Positions 33,961-44,439 of a stretch of DNA of 64,000 nucleotides are shown piece by piece. The notes under the pieces were generated by a model. That model saw only the letters and a list, made by a program, of their open reading frames with translations, did not search any database and had not been told where the DNA came from. How positions within the stretch are numbered: the first letter of the stretch is position 1; every line of letters begins with the position of its first letter. Source of the stretch: a virus; the IMG/VR virus record IMGVR_UViG_3300047315_000823. One strand, 5' to 3'. Made by a program: the position numbers and the translations under genes.

Positions 33961-34724
33961 ATGCCGATCACCAGCCAGTTCACGAAGGTCTGGCTGGTGT
34001 TGGTGCGGGTCACCCACACCGTGAGGCCCGAGGAGGTCACGGATGAGGCGCTCGCGCCGGTGACCTGCGATCCGGGCGCAGCCGTGGTGGCCACCGCGTA
34101 GCCGAGGAACGTGGTTCCCTGCAGGCTCAGGCCAGTGACGTTTATCGAGGTGGGCGTGTTCGCGGCGCTCGGCGTGATGCTGACCTGCCCCCACGCCATG
34201 TTCCCGGCGGTCAGGACGCCAGCAATGTCCATGTCGCAGGGACCGTTCTCCCCGACTCCGCCGACCTCGCGGGTTCCGGCGACAAGCGCGATGGGGCGTC
34301 CGCCGTCTGTCACCGACGTGAGGTCTACTACGGCCGCCCAGTCCGTGGCCTTGACGGAGCCCGACGCGAGCGCGAGATCGCAGCCTGTTCCCGGGAATGC
34401 GGTGTAGGCGGCGTAGGCGGGTACCGCGGTGACGTTGTCGTCGACGGACTGGAATTTCAGCTGGCCGGACGACAGGCGTGCCACGACGGGGAATTCGTCG
34501 ACTTCCGTGAGGCCCCAGGTCGAGAGGCCGCCCCCGCCGTCCTCGGACAGGCCGAGTTCGGCGAGCAGGGTGGTGCCGTCGTCCGCGTATACGCGGAGGG
34601 TGCCGACGCTCGCGGCGCCCATGCGTCGGGCTGCCCGCAGCTCTCGCACCTCGCGCTCCAGCGCGGACAGTCGGCGGGCAAGGCTGGTCGCGTCCGGGGG
34701 CAGCTGTTCGATCTGCCGGGGCAT
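33957..34724 (-). CDS. Minor tail protein
   Basis: LARRLSALEREVRELRA coiled coil followed by a beta-rich region and an H-type-lectin-like C-terminus. Confidence 0.7.
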   Translation of the reverse strand: MPRQIEQLPPDATSLARRLSALEREVRELRAARRMGAASVGTLRVYADDGTTLLAELGLSEDGGGGLSTWGLTEVDEFPVVARLSSGQLKFQSVDDNVTAVPAYAAYTAFPGTGCDLALASGSVKATDWAAVVDLTSVTDGGRPIALVAGTREVGGVGENGPCDMDIAGVLTAGNMAWGQVSITPSAANTPTSINVTGLSLQGTTFLGYAVATTAAPGSQVTGASASSVTSSGLTVWVTRTNTSQTFVNWLVIGI

Positions 34725-35807
34725 TCAGCCCTCCTCCACAATGATCGGCCGGAGACGGTCGGCGCCGGCGTCGAGTTCCCAGCTCCAGCAGCGGGCCGTG
34801 ACGTCGATCCCGCTCGGGTGGCGGGGGGATGTCTCCACGGCGAGGTGGATGGTGTCGCCGAGGCCCCAGTCCTGGCCGAGTCGCGGCGACCGGGAGCCGA
34901 CCGCCTCGAGGACCCAGGCCTGGCCGCCCTGTGTCATCAGGGCGAGTGACTGGGCGGCGTGCGCGTTGAGCTGGTCGGGGTCGGTGAGCCCGGATGCGGG
35001 GGTGTAGCGGTATTCCCAGCGGGGCCAGCCGTTCGCGATCAGTGCGGTGGCTTCGTGGGCGGTTGAGGTGAGGCGGGAGATGCCCTCGCCCTCGCCGCGG
35101 GCCACGACGATCGTGGCGCCCTTGCCTGCCTCGTAGGACTCGGATAGCCGGTAGGAGGCGACGCAGCCCGGGAAGTCGAAGGTGGTGGCGGTGGCGGCCT
35201 GGACGCCGATCGCGGGCCGGACCCGGAGGGGGAACTGGAAACCGGAGTGGCTGGCGTTCCAGGCGATGTCGATCGTCCACTCCGGGCCGCCGTCGAGGGC
35301 CATGATCTCCTGCAGGCACGACAGGATGCTTTTGTCGTCGCCGTCGTGCGTGTAGTAGTCCATGACGACGCCCGTGCTCGGGGCGTCGATGACGAGCGGG
35401 GGTCCGTTGGTGAGCGCCGGGGTGGCGAGGGCGCTGATGACGGCGGCCTGGTCGGTGCCGACCAGTGTCTGGGTTCCGGGGAAGCGACCGTCGAAGTAGC
35501 GTTCCAGGGTGGCCGCCCCGAGTTGCACCGTCTGGTCGCTGCCTCCGTCGCGGGTGAGGACGACGCCCGCCCACAGGGGTATGTCGGTGGTGGTGTCGAC
35601 GGCGACGAGGACGGACCGGCCCGGCGCGGTGGCACCGTCCCATTCCTGCGGCACTCCGGCCAGGGTGAGCTCGAACTGCAGCGTGGTGCTGTCGCCGAGT
35701 TTGCGTGTGAGGGCGCCGGTGGGCTTGAGGGGGCGGAGGTCCTCGACAATGCCGCCGGTGCGCAGGTCACAGCCGTACCAGGCGAGTTGGTAGGGCGTGC
35801 CTGTCAT
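34725..35807 (-). CDS. Baseplate hub / Tal-like minor tail protein
   Basis: Position after the distal tail genes; GGPEWTID, GLGDTI motifs. Confidence 0.75.
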   Translation of the reverse strand: MTGTPYQLAWYGCDLRTGGIVEDLRPLKPTGALTRKLGDSTTLQFELTLAGVPQEWDGATAPGRSVLVAVDTTTDIPLWAGVVLTRDGGSDQTVQLGAATLERYFDGRFPGTQTLVGTDQAAVISALATPALTNGPPLVIDAPSTGVVMDYYTHDGDDKSILSCLQEIMALDGGPEWTIDIAWNASHSGFQFPLRVRPAIGVQAATATTFDFPGCVASYRLSESYEAGKGATIVVARGEGEGISRLTSTAHEATALIANGWPRWEYRYTPASGLTDPDQLNAHAAQSLALMTQGGQAWVLEAVGSRSPRLGQDWGLGDTIHLAVETSPRHPSGIDVTARCWSWELDAGADRLRPIIVEEG

Positions 35808-36835
35808 GTCGCCGACTCGTAGGTGCCGGTGATGCGGAGTTGGTTGGTGCTCGCGAACGTCTCCGGCCGGGTCGGGTTCATGACGTCGATACGGGTGTTG
35901 GTCGCGGAAATGTTGAAGAACGCGCCGATCGCGGACGCGCCGGGAGACGCGATCGCCTGCCCCATCCACCGGTCCGTGCCGAGGAAATGCGCAGTCATGA
36001 CGTAGCTGCACCCGACACTGGCCGCAGCGAACGGGATCACCCAGTTGTATGTCCCCGACCCGTAGGTCGTGGTGGAGCCGGGGATCAGGTTGATGTGAAT
36101 GCTGACCTGCCGCCCGATCTTGCAATAGCGGCCGACCAGGGTTCCGTTGCCGAGGGATGGGTTGCTGCCGGAGCCCGTCCACGTCGGGGTGTAGGAGGTC
36201 CAGGCGCCCGGCGCTTTGACGTAGGTGTCCCAAGCGGAGCCGTTCCAGCGGAGCAGGTCGGTGCCGTTGTCGTAGAACTGCCCGGTGTACGGGCTGGACG
36301 GGGCTGTCGACGAGGGCAGGATGCCGCCCGGGGCTACCGTGGTCGGCCGGTTCGCCGTCGACACGGATGCTGTGGAGCCGTTCGAGACCGACAGCACGGT
36401 GATCGTGGCCAGCGGCATGTAGATCTGCGTGCCGGCTGGCGTCGGCGCCACCGGGGACGCTGACGGGGTGCCCGCAAGGTAGACGATGTCGCCCTTGGCC
36501 AGGCCGGACGCGTCGACGGAGTTGTCCCACACGCGCAGATAGACCAAGTCCACCCTGTTCAGGGTGGCGTGGGGAGCGGTGTACGTGCCTGGGGACACTG
36601 AGGACGGGAAAGCGACCTTGTACACGCCCTGGCCCGGCCAGGCGACGGCGGCAAGGCCGGCCGAGCAGTTGATGGTGGTGCCGGCGAGGGTCACAGTCAG
36701 GCCCGGGTCGCCGGGCCGTGTTCCGGAGCGGGATCCGAGCGCCGTCCCGTCCGTCATGACCGAGAAGGCCTCGACGTTGCGAGTCTCCAGCCCGGAGAAA
36801 GTCAGCGTGTCGATCGCCCATACATCTACCGGCAT
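35804..36835 (-). CDS. Minor tail protein / receptor-binding candidate
   Basis: PHATLNRVDLVYLRVWD; WTSYTPTWT...GNGTLVGRY..IG. Confidence 0.75.
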   Translation of the reverse strand: MPVDVWAIDTLTFSGLETRNVEAFSVMTDGTALGSRSGTRPGDPGLTVTLAGTTINCSAGLAAVAWPGQGVYKVAFPSSVSPGTYTAPHATLNRVDLVYLRVWDNSVDASGLAKGDIVYLAGTPSASPVAPTPAGTQIYMPLATITVLSVSNGSTASVSTANRPTTVAPGGILPSSTAPSSPYTGQFYDNGTDLLRWNGSAWDTYVKAPGAWTSYTPTWTGSGSNPSLGNGTLVGRYCKIGRQVSIHINLIPGSTTTYGSGTYNWVIPFAAASVGCSYVMTAHFLGTDRWMGQAIASPGASAIGAFFNISATNTRIDVMNPTRPETFASTNQLRITGTYESAT

Positions 36836-36845
36836 GAAGGCCTCC

Positions 36846-37718
36846 TCACATCCAGGCCGAACGCCATGTGGCGGTCAGCATCGCGCTGGCGTTGTAGGTG
36901 CTGGACTGGAACTGGAAGTTGACCGAGGCTCCGGCGGGGATCGTCGGCCAGCCGGCGGAGACGGTCATGAACCGGCGGCGGGACACCGAGCCGTTGAGCA
37001 GCACGGTGTGGGCGTCGGTGTCGATGGTGAGAACGTCGCCGCTGACCAGATCCTGGGAGTAGACGAGCTGGCGCAGCGAGCCGTCCGCATACAGGGCGGA
37101 CACGACGGGCGCGATCACCGGTCCGGTGATCGTGAGGACCGGCCTGGTGTCGACGGATCCCGCGTTGACGACGTTGATCTGCCCGGAAATTGATGTTGCC
37201 GAGAACGTGATCGGGAACGTCACCGGGAAAGTCAGGCCGCCCGTCGTGGCTGGCAGGCCCGTCGTCCCGGTCTGCAGGGTCGTGCTGTAGCGGCGTGGAT
37301 CGCCTGCCGTGACGAGCACGCTGTACGTGGCGATCCGGTCGGTGACGTAGGCCATCAGCGGTTTCCCGGAGCGCCGCACGGTCGCCTGTTTCGAGCCCGT
37401 CAGCTCGTACACGACCAGTGTGGTGTCGCCGAGTGAGGCAGCGGTCCGTAGCCGTTCCAGGGCGTCCTCGAGGGTTACCCGGTCCGGTGCCGTGACGGTG
37501 CCGGTCAGGGTGATCGGCCGGGATCCCAGGTAGACGGGGTTGGCCCACGCCCCGTGATCGGCCTCGCGTTCGGAGAATTCCGCTCTGACCTCGGCGCTGT
37601 CCCAGCCGTCGAGGGTCTGCAGCGCCCAGTAGACCCCGGCCGCATCCACCCCGCCGAGCGGGATGGTGCCGAGGTCGACCCGGACGCCGCCGAGATCCAT
37701 ACCAGCGGTGAGCAGCAC
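36846..37718 (-). CDS. Distal tail protein (Dit)
   Basis: Directly after the tape measure; GSRPITLTG, AGDPRRYS. Confidence 0.8.
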   Translation of the reverse strand: MLLTAGMDLGGVRVDLGTIPLGGVDAAGVYWALQTLDGWDSAEVRAEFSEREADHGAWANPVYLGSRPITLTGTVTAPDRVTLEDALERLRTAASLGDTTLVVYELTGSKQATVRRSGKPLMAYVTDRIATYSVLVTAGDPRRYSTTLQTGTTGLPATTGGLTFPVTFPITFSATSISGQINVVNAGSVDTRPVLTITGPVIAPVVSALYADGSLRQLVYSQDLVSGDVLTIDTDAHTVLLNGSVSRRRFMTVSAGWPTIPAGASVNFQFQSSTYNASAMLTATWRSAWM

Positions 37719-37733
37719 CGCGCCCCCTCTCTG

Positions 37734-40700
37734 TCAGCCGACGAACGTCAGATGCCTGGCGATGTCGGCCGCCTGCTCGGCCGAGGACTGCTTGGCGCCG
37801 TACAGATTGATTTCGATGTGCTTGGTGAACTCCCGCGCCATGGACGACATCGACGGCGCCGCCGCGTACCGGCTCGCGGGCACGAGGTGGTAGCCGAGGG
37901 CTGCCGCGGACGCGGCCAGCAGAGCCCGGCTGCGGGACGTCGGGGTGAGCGGGATCCACGCCTCGGGTACGCCCGCCTCACCACCGGCGACCATCGTCGG
38001 GCTGGTCAGAACACCACCGAGCGCCATGGCCTTGCCGCCCTGGGCGACCCACTGCCGCACGAACGTGTCCTTGTTCGCGGCGGGCAGGCCGCTGATGGCT
38101 CCAGTCATCTTGGGTACGAGAGCCTTGATCGTCGCCGGGTCCAGGCCGGCTGCGATCAGGTCCGCATATCCGCGGCCCGTACCGCCACGCAGCGTCGACA
38201 GCAGGATCAGGCTGTTGGAGAGGTCGTCGCCGGTCAGGGTGTTCTGCGCCTTGGCGACTTCCGCGTTGGCCACCCTGGCCTGCGCTCCACTGGATGCCGC
38301 CTGGTGGGCGAGGGCCATCGCGTTGGAGTCGCCCTGCGCGGCGAGGGCCTGCGCCAGAGCGCCGGACCCGGATGCGGCCAGTTTCTGCAGGTCGGCGGCG
38401 AACTGCTGGTTTTCCTTGGTGGACGCGTTGAGCTGTTTGTTGAAGTCTGCGAGGGTCGCCTTGGCGAGTTCGCCGGTCTTCTGGAGCTTGCTCACGATGG
38501 ACTTGAACTGCCTGTCGCTCGCGCCAGCGAGGCTGTTGACGAGGGCGTAGCCCTCCTGGCCCATGCCTTCCAGCATGTCCTTGAGTTCCTTGCCGCCCCG
38601 GGCGCCGATCTTCGTGAGGCTCTTGCGCCACTTCTCGGTGTCGTAGACAGACTCGGCGAGCTGGGTCTCGTAGGCCTTCAGGTTGAAACCCTTGGGCGCG
38701 TGGGCGCCGTTCTTCAGCCCCAGTTCCTTGTCCGCGGCGTTGACTGCGGCCCGGTCCTTCCGGACTGTCGCATCAGAGCCCTTCTTCGCCCGCTGCGCCT
38801 TCTCGACCCGGTTCTCGGCGGCCTGGAGCTGCGCCTTGGTGTGATGCCGGTGCCGGACCTGGCTCAGGTTCTTTTCCGCGTCGTGCAGGGCGTCGGCCTT
38901 CTTTTTGGCGTCCTTCATGGCGTCGGTGAGCTTGGTCCAGGCGTCCTTGAGGTCCTGGATCTCCTGGTCGTACCGGCTCTTGGCGTCCGACGGCCCGCCG
39001 AGCACGGCCCGCCCGGTCGGCGTGTAGGTGAATCCGGGGATGCCGCCGCCAGCGAACCACTGGACGGCGCCCCCGAGCCGCTTCACGGTCTCGGCGGCGA
39101 TCTGCCGGGAGCGGGGGCGCTTGCTCTGCGCGAGGGGGATGTACGCCTCGCCACCTGTCTCGTCCTCGGCCCACACCCTCCAGGCGCCCGCCTTGGCGAT
39201 CTGTGCAACGTGGTTCTCGGTGCCGCCGTCGGCGTAGTACACGGCGCCGTTGGCGTTGTTACTGCCGTAGCTGCCGCTGAGGACGCTGTCGCGGCCTCCC
39301 GCAGCCGCGATGTGCTCCTGTACGTACACGTCGACAGACTTGCCGTGCAGGTTGTTGACCCACCCTTGAATGGTGCGCACCGCCTGGGCTGGGCTACCCG
39401 TAGGGATGGTGATGGACACCTTCCCGTTTTTCATGTGCGTGACCTTGAAGCCGAGGCCTTCAAGAGCCTTCTGGGCACCTCCTGTCAGTGCGCCCATCGT
39501 GACGTTCTTGCCCTTGGTCGAGCGGACCTTGGCCTGCACGGCTGAAAGTTCCTTGAGTGCTCCGGCGGTCTTGGCGTCCACCGGGACGGACTTGCCCGGA
39601 ATTTTCTTCGCGATCAGGGCGTCCAGGCCCGCGTTGGCCTTCTCTGTCGGGGCGGTGATCTCCATCTGCCTGCCGCCGGGCAACGTCTTGATCTTGAAGC
39701 CAAGGGCCTCAAGATCCTTCTTTGCCTCGGCGGTGAGCGCCGACACCCGGATCGTGGAGTCCTTCGGCATGTGACCGGCCAGACCCTGCACATACAGCAG
39801 TTGCTTCTGGGTCTCCGACAGGCCCGGCGTCGACATGGTGATGGCCAGCGACGATGGGATGAATCCCATCTGGTTGGCGAGGATCTTGGCCTGGTCGGCG
39901 TTGAGGCCGAAGGCCTGGCCAGCCTTGACCGCGGCCGTGTAGGCGGTTTCCATCCGGGCCTCGGCCTGCTTCAGCGCGGGTACGACGGCGGTGCCGTTGG
40001 CTCGGGCGAAGTCGTAGGTCGACTGTGCTGCGCCGGCCGTCTGCTCGTTCAGCGCCTGGAGCTTGGTCCACAGAGACTGACCGTTTTCCGAGGTGGTGTT
40101 CAGCGAGCCGTCGACCTGCAGGAGCGCCTTCCCGTAGCCCTTCGCCTTGTCGGCGCCGTCCTGATAGGAGGACTTGAGGTCGAGCAGTGCCTGGTTCTGG
40201 TTGGCCAGTGCGGCCTGGACGTCGAGTTCGCCGCCCGACAGCAGGTCCAGGGCCGTGTGCAGCGCCCTGGCCTTGGTGTCCGCGTCGGACGCCGAATCAC
40301 CCAGCGTCTTGATCGCGCCCTGCAGCCGCCCCGTCGGGTCCGTGGCGTTCAGCGCCGCAGCCCCGGAGCCCTTCTCCGCAGCCGCCAGATCCTTCTGCCT
40401 CTTACTCGCCGTCGCGAATTCGCCGGAGAGTGAACCGAGCGCATCAGCAGCGTTCTTGTAGATATGCCCCTGCGGCGTGAAGACCCTGCCCGCGGTCCGG
40501 CCCGCACTGACAACGCGGGTATTCGCCTCAGCCATCGCGGACAACCGCTTTCGCAGCGCATCGATCGACGTCCCCTGGCCGAGGTAAGCGTCCGTGAGCT
40601 CGGTTGTACCGATGTGGGCCCGCTGCATCACGTCCAGCAGCTGCGTCTTGCCGTCCTTCAGCTTTGCGTCTGCCAGGGTCTGCACGGCTGCGGCGCGAAC

Positions 40701-43025
40701 GCCGCCGTTCATGACGCCGGCAGACTCCTGCAGTGCCTGGGTGAGGCCGGAAATCCGCTGCTGGTGGGCTGCGGCTGCGGCGGCGGCCTCCTGCTGTTTC
40801 CGGGCGAGCAGGTCGAGGCCGACCATTGCAGCGCCGATCGCGATACCCCACGGGCCGCCAAGGAATCCGTACAGGCCTTTCGCCGCGCCCAGCAGACCGC
40901 GCCCGGCGCCCGTGCCGAGCGCGGCAATCGCGCCGCCAGCCGCCGAACGGAACCCGGACAAGCGCCCGCCGGCTTCCTGGATGCCGCTGGACACGGTTCG
41001 GAACGAGGTACCCATCGCGCGGATCGTCGGGGAGCGGGCTTCCAGGGCGGCGAGTCCGGCACCCCACCGGCCCAGCGACACTCCCGCCCGACTGGCGAGG
41101 ACCGTCTGCATCTGCATGGCCCCGCGCACGCCGTTGAACGAGGCGACCGCAGACCGGCCGTAACCAGCGACCGCGCTCTGCATGCCCTGGATCTGCCCGC
41201 GGAACGGGCGCATGGCCAGCATGGCCAGCACCGACAACTGGATCGGTCCCGGCAGCCCGGCGAAGGCGTGAGCGATTCCGCCGACGAGTGCACCAATCGG
41301 GCGCAGGATCCCGGTCATGTCGCCGAGGAGACCGACACCGACCTGCAACCGTCCTGAGAGCACGCCAAGGGCGCCCGCCCCCGAAGAGACGGACGAGAAC
41401 ATGTCCTTCAAGCCACCGAGCAGCGGCTGAGCAGCCGCGCCTGCGTTACCGAAGGCCTGGCCGAGGGAGTGCACGGAGGTGATGGCCAGCGGCACCGAGG
41501 CGACGGCCGCCGATGTGATCGCGGCTTTCAGCGGGGCGGTGAGGCCCGATGCGGCCCGCCCGATACCGCTGGTCGCCGCATGAAGCTTCGCCTCAACGGA
41601 AGGCCCGTAGATGTCCCACAGGTCCCCGGCGATACGGATGCCGTTCTTGATATACGGGATGGCGTCCGAGACGCCCTTGGTCATCGACCGGGTGATGTGC
41701 TCGAGGCCGGGTGCGATGCCCAGGTAGATCTGGAGGAACGCGGAAGAGATCTGCTTGCCCAGGCCGCGCATCGAGCCGCCCAGCCCCTTGGACTCCGCTG
41801 CCGCCAGGGCTGCGGCGCCGCCCACGCGACCGACCTGGACACCGAACTGCTCAAACGCCGTGCCGCCCTGGTGCGCGAGCGCGACCATGCCAGCGAGGGC
41901 CGGCTTGCCGAACGCCATCGCCGCAGCGGCCGTGAACTGCTTGGTGGTCAGGTGTTCGCTGGCCATGCCGAGCTTCTCGATGACGTACTGCAGGCCCTTG
42001 AACTGGCCCTTGTTGTCGAACGCTTCGATGCCGAGTTCGTGCAGGCCCTTCTGGGCCATCTTCGTCGGTTTGGCCATGTTGACCAGCGCCGACCGCAGCG
42101 CCGTACCTGCGGTCTCGCCGATGATGCCCGACTTGCCGAGCAGGCCGACCGCGGTGGCGGTGTCCTTGATCGATACACCCATGGTGTGGGCGATCGGGCC
42201 CACGTATTTCATGGCGTAGTAGATGTCCATCAGCTCGCCAGAAGCGCTGTTGGACGTGTTCGCCAGGACGTCCGCGACGTGCGCAGCCTCGGACGATTTG
42301 AGGCTGAACTGGTCCATGATGTCGCCCTCGATCTTCGCCGCGGTTGCGACGTCAGTTCGAGCAGCGGCAGACAGCTGGACCGTTCCGCGGGCGGCCTTGA
42401 TGGCGTCCTGCGCGGACAGGCCGGCCTTCGCCAGTTCCACCATCGCGTCCGCAGCCTCAGCCGCATTCGCCGACGGCAGTTTCATGTCGGCGCCGAGTGC
42501 CTGCGCCTCGCGGCCGGCCGACGACATCTGCGCCCCCGAGGCCCGCGTGACCTCGAGGAACTTGTTCATCGCGTCGGTGTACTCGTTGCCCGAGTGGATG
42601 ATGTCGTGCAGCCCGTAGATGATCGCCCCGCCCGCGAGGAGGGCACCCAGGTGCTTGACGGGCCCGATGACGGACTCGACACCCGAGCGCACCGAGCCCA
42701 TACCGGTACGTGCCGCGGCGCCCATCCGGCCGAAGGCGGGTGAGGTGAGGGCCGCTTCGTTGCGCAGGGTGCGCGCGCCACGGCCCGCGGCCAGCGCCGC
42801 AGCCTCCCCTTCCCGGACTCCCGCCGCCCCGCCACGGGCGCCAGCACCCATGGCCGTGAGGCCAGCGCGGGCTACCGCCCCGTCCGCGCCGAGGGCACGA
42901 ATTCCGCGCCCAGCTACAAGGGACGCCTCTCCGAGAGCCAGCAGTTCGCCAGTGCCGGTGCGCACGACGGTGCCGAAGCCCGGCATCTCGGCGATGACGC
43001 GGACGCGCACGGTACGGTCGGCCAC
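37734..43025 (-). CDS. Tape measure protein (TP901-type)
   Basis: 1763 aa, Ala-rich helical; AADAMVELAKAG, GTALRSAL, WAEDETGGEAYIPL. Confidence 0.93.
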   Translation of the reverse strand: MADRTVRVRVIAEMPGFGTVVRTGTGELLALGEASLVAGRGIRALGADGAVARAGLTAMGAGARGGAAGVREGEAAALAAGRGARTLRNEAALTSPAFGRMGAAARTGMGSVRSGVESVIGPVKHLGALLAGGAIIYGLHDIIHSGNEYTDAMNKFLEVTRASGAQMSSAGREAQALGADMKLPSANAAEAADAMVELAKAGLSAQDAIKAARGTVQLSAAARTDVATAAKIEGDIMDQFSLKSSEAAHVADVLANTSNSASGELMDIYYAMKYVGPIAHTMGVSIKDTATAVGLLGKSGIIGETAGTALRSALVNMAKPTKMAQKGLHELGIEAFDNKGQFKGLQYVIEKLGMASEHLTTKQFTAAAAMAFGKPALAGMVALAHQGGTAFEQFGVQVGRVGGAAALAAAESKGLGGSMRGLGKQISSAFLQIYLGIAPGLEHITRSMTKGVSDAIPYIKNGIRIAGDLWDIYGPSVEAKLHAATSGIGRAASGLTAPLKAAITSAAVASVPLAITSVHSLGQAFGNAGAAAQPLLGGLKDMFSSVSSGAGALGVLSGRLQVGVGLLGDMTGILRPIGALVGGIAHAFAGLPGPIQLSVLAMLAMRPFRGQIQGMQSAVAGYGRSAVASFNGVRGAMQMQTVLASRAGVSLGRWGAGLAALEARSPTIRAMGTSFRTVSSGIQEAGGRLSGFRSAAGGAIAALGTGAGRGLLGAAKGLYGFLGGPWGIAIGAAMVGLDLLARKQQEAAAAAAAHQQRISGLTQALQESAGVMNGGVRAAAVQTLADAKLKDGKTQLLDVMQRAHIGTTELTDAYLGQGTSIDALRKRLSAMAEANTRVVSAGRTAGRVFTPQGHIYKNAADALGSLSGEFATASKRQKDLAAAEKGSGAAALNATDPTGRLQGAIKTLGDSASDADTKARALHTALDLLSGGELDVQAALANQNQALLDLKSSYQDGADKAKGYGKALLQVDGSLNTTSENGQSLWTKLQALNEQTAGAAQSTYDFARANGTAVVPALKQAEARMETAYTAAVKAGQAFGLNADQAKILANQMGFIPSSLAITMSTPGLSETQKQLLYVQGLAGHMPKDSTIRVSALTAEAKKDLEALGFKIKTLPGGRQMEITAPTEKANAGLDALIAKKIPGKSVPVDAKTAGALKELSAVQAKVRSTKGKNVTMGALTGGAQKALEGLGFKVTHMKNGKVSITIPTGSPAQAVRTIQGWVNNLHGKSVDVYVQEHIAAAGGRDSVLSGSYGSNNANGAVYYADGGTENHVAQIAKAGAWRVWAEDETGGEAYIPLAQSKRPRSRQIAAETVKRLGGAVQWFAGGGIPGFTYTPTGRAVLGGPSDAKSRYDQEIQDLKDAWTKLTDAMKDAKKKADALHDAEKNLSQVRHRHHTKAQLQAAENRVEKAQRAKKGSDATVRKDRAAVNAADKELGLKNGAHAPKGFNLKAYETQLAESVYDTEKWRKSLTKIGARGGKELKDMLEGMGQEGYALVNSLAGASDRQFKSIVSKLQKTGELAKATLADFNKQLNASTKENQQFAADLQKLAASGSGALAQALAAQGDSNAMALAHQAASSGAQARVANAEVAKAQNTLTGDDLSNSLILLSTLRGGTGRGYADLIAAGLDPATIKALVPKMTGAISGLPAANKDTFVRQWVAQGGKAMALGGVLTSPTMVAGGEAGVPEAWIPLTPTSRSRALLAASAAALGYHLVPASRYAAAPSMSSMAREFTKHIEINLYGAKQSSAEQAADIARHLTFVG

Positions 43026-43064
43026 GGCAGCCCCCTATTCAGTTGTCACGCCTTGCGGGTCAGG

Positions 43065-43673
43065 TCAGTCGGTGGCCAGCCCGAAGGAGCGAAGGATGTC
43101 TGCGGCGGCCTGCGAGGGCGGACCGAGCTCACCGGTCTGGAACTGGATGTCGAGCGCGGCCTGCCACAACTGGCCGAGCTGGCCATCAGAGAGGTCGTCC
43201 CAGAACGCGGCGAACTCCTCCGGGGAGCCAGGCCTCGGCTCGATGAGCTGCGCCTCGACGAGGGCCGGGGCGAAAGCGTCCGGGTCGAACGCCGGTTCTT
43301 CCCTGCCGCCGCGCGCCGCCGCCGCCTCGATCTGCTCCTTCGTCGGCGGATGGTCCGCACGGAGGGCCTGGTAGGCACGGTGCGTGATGGCCTCCAGGGT
43401 GAACCGCACCCGGGACCCCTCGGCCTGCGCCTCAACCGCCTGGAGATGCTTCGCGACATCCCGGGCGGTCTCTGCGTCGTGGGCCTCGTCGTGCCGCTGC
43501 GCCCGCTCCAGGAGCTGCTCGAGGGCGTCCAGCTCTGCTGACGCCTCCGCGTCCAGCACCATGTCGACGATGCGTCGCGGGCGCTGGATCTTCGCTCGGA
43601 TGTCGGCGAACGTCAGCGTCGGCTTCGCCGCCCGGCGCGCGGGCGGCTTCCTGCTTGTACTCGTGGTGGTCAT
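43065..43673 (-). CDS. Second tail-assembly-chaperone paralogue
   Basis: Shares AEL.ALE, F.L.A..HRAY..L.A.HP and F.PA.......IEP with 44427-44903. Confidence 0.7.
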   Translation of the reverse strand: MTTTSTSRKPPARRAAKPTLTFADIRAKIQRPRRIVDMVLDAEASAELDALEQLLERAQRHDEAHDAETARDVAKHLQAVEAQAEGSRVRFTLEAITHRAYQALRADHPPTKEQIEAAAARGGREEPAFDPDAFAPALVEAQLIEPRPGSPEEFAAFWDDLSDGQLGQLWQAALDIQFQTGELGPPSQAAADILRSFGLATD

Positions 43674-43699
43674 GCGGATTCCCTGTCCTTGACGTGCTG

Positions 43700-44077
43700 T
43701 TACATGGCCTGGTGGACGGCGATTTCGATACCGGCGACCAGGTCTTCGGCGTTCGCGTCGAGCGCGGGGCCGAGATGTGGAAGGGGCGCGTTCTTCGAGG
43801 TGCCGTACTCGACGATGTTTCCGAGCGGCCCCTGCGGACGCCCCTTGTCCGGCCCGATTTCCCCCTCGACGCCCTCGGCGGTGACCTTGACGTCGTAGGT
43901 GATCGAGTACGGGTAGGCGGGCAGGTACTTGTGGCCCTTGATGCGGTTCCGGGCGTCGTCCCGCACCTTCTGGCTGGTGACCTTCACGGCCTTCGCCGCG
44001 TTCACCCGCAGCCGCTCAGCAAAGGTGCCCAGGTCGTCCACCACCACGGTGAGCCCGATCACGTCGACGCCTGCCAT
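43700..44077 (-). CDS. HK97 gp10-like tail completion protein
   Basis: NIVEYGTSKNAPLPHLGPALD; TAATG overlap with the upstream stop. Confidence 0.75.
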   Translation of the reverse strand: MAGVDVIGLTVVVDDLGTFAERLRVNAAKAVKVTSQKVRDDARNRIKGHKYLPAYPYSITYDVKVTAEGVEGEIGPDKGRPQGPLGNIVEYGTSKNAPLPHLGPALDANAEDLVAGIEIAVHQAM

Positions 44078-44439
44078 TACGACTCCCTCCGGAACACGGA
44101 CACCTTCAGGCCGTCGGTCTTGCCGCCGTCCTCCTGGTGGGCTGCCACCCGGCGTGCACCGGCCAGGCAGGCGTGGCATTTCGTGATTGAGGCGTCGTAG
44201 GCGTACTCGTTCTCGGGCGCCGTCGTCTCGGCGAGCGGGTGTCCGCATTCGCACAGCCCGGACTCGGCTTCCATCAGCGCCATCGCCCACCAGCGGTCCT
44301 CCGGCAGCCACAGCGGCTCGCCCGGAGCGGGCTGCGGGCGGCCCAGGAGGATGCTGCGGGGGATGCCCCAGGCCCGCGCTGCCTCGACTTCCCGCCGGTA
44401 CGGGAGCCGGTGGTCCCGCAGGCGGGCTACGAGAAAGGG
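44077..44439 (-). CDS. Tail chaperone T segment reached by a -1 frameshift
   Basis: The -1 frame is open from the slippery CCCTTTC (44439-44433) to the stop at 44077; PFLVARL...CECGH...CHAC. Confidence 0.75.
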   Translation of the reverse strand, partial: PFLVARLRDHRLPYRREVEAARAWGIPRSILLGRPQPAPGEPLWLPEDRWWAMALMEAESGLCECGHPLAETTAPENEYAYDASITKCHACLAGARRVAAHQEDGGKTDGLKVSVFRRES

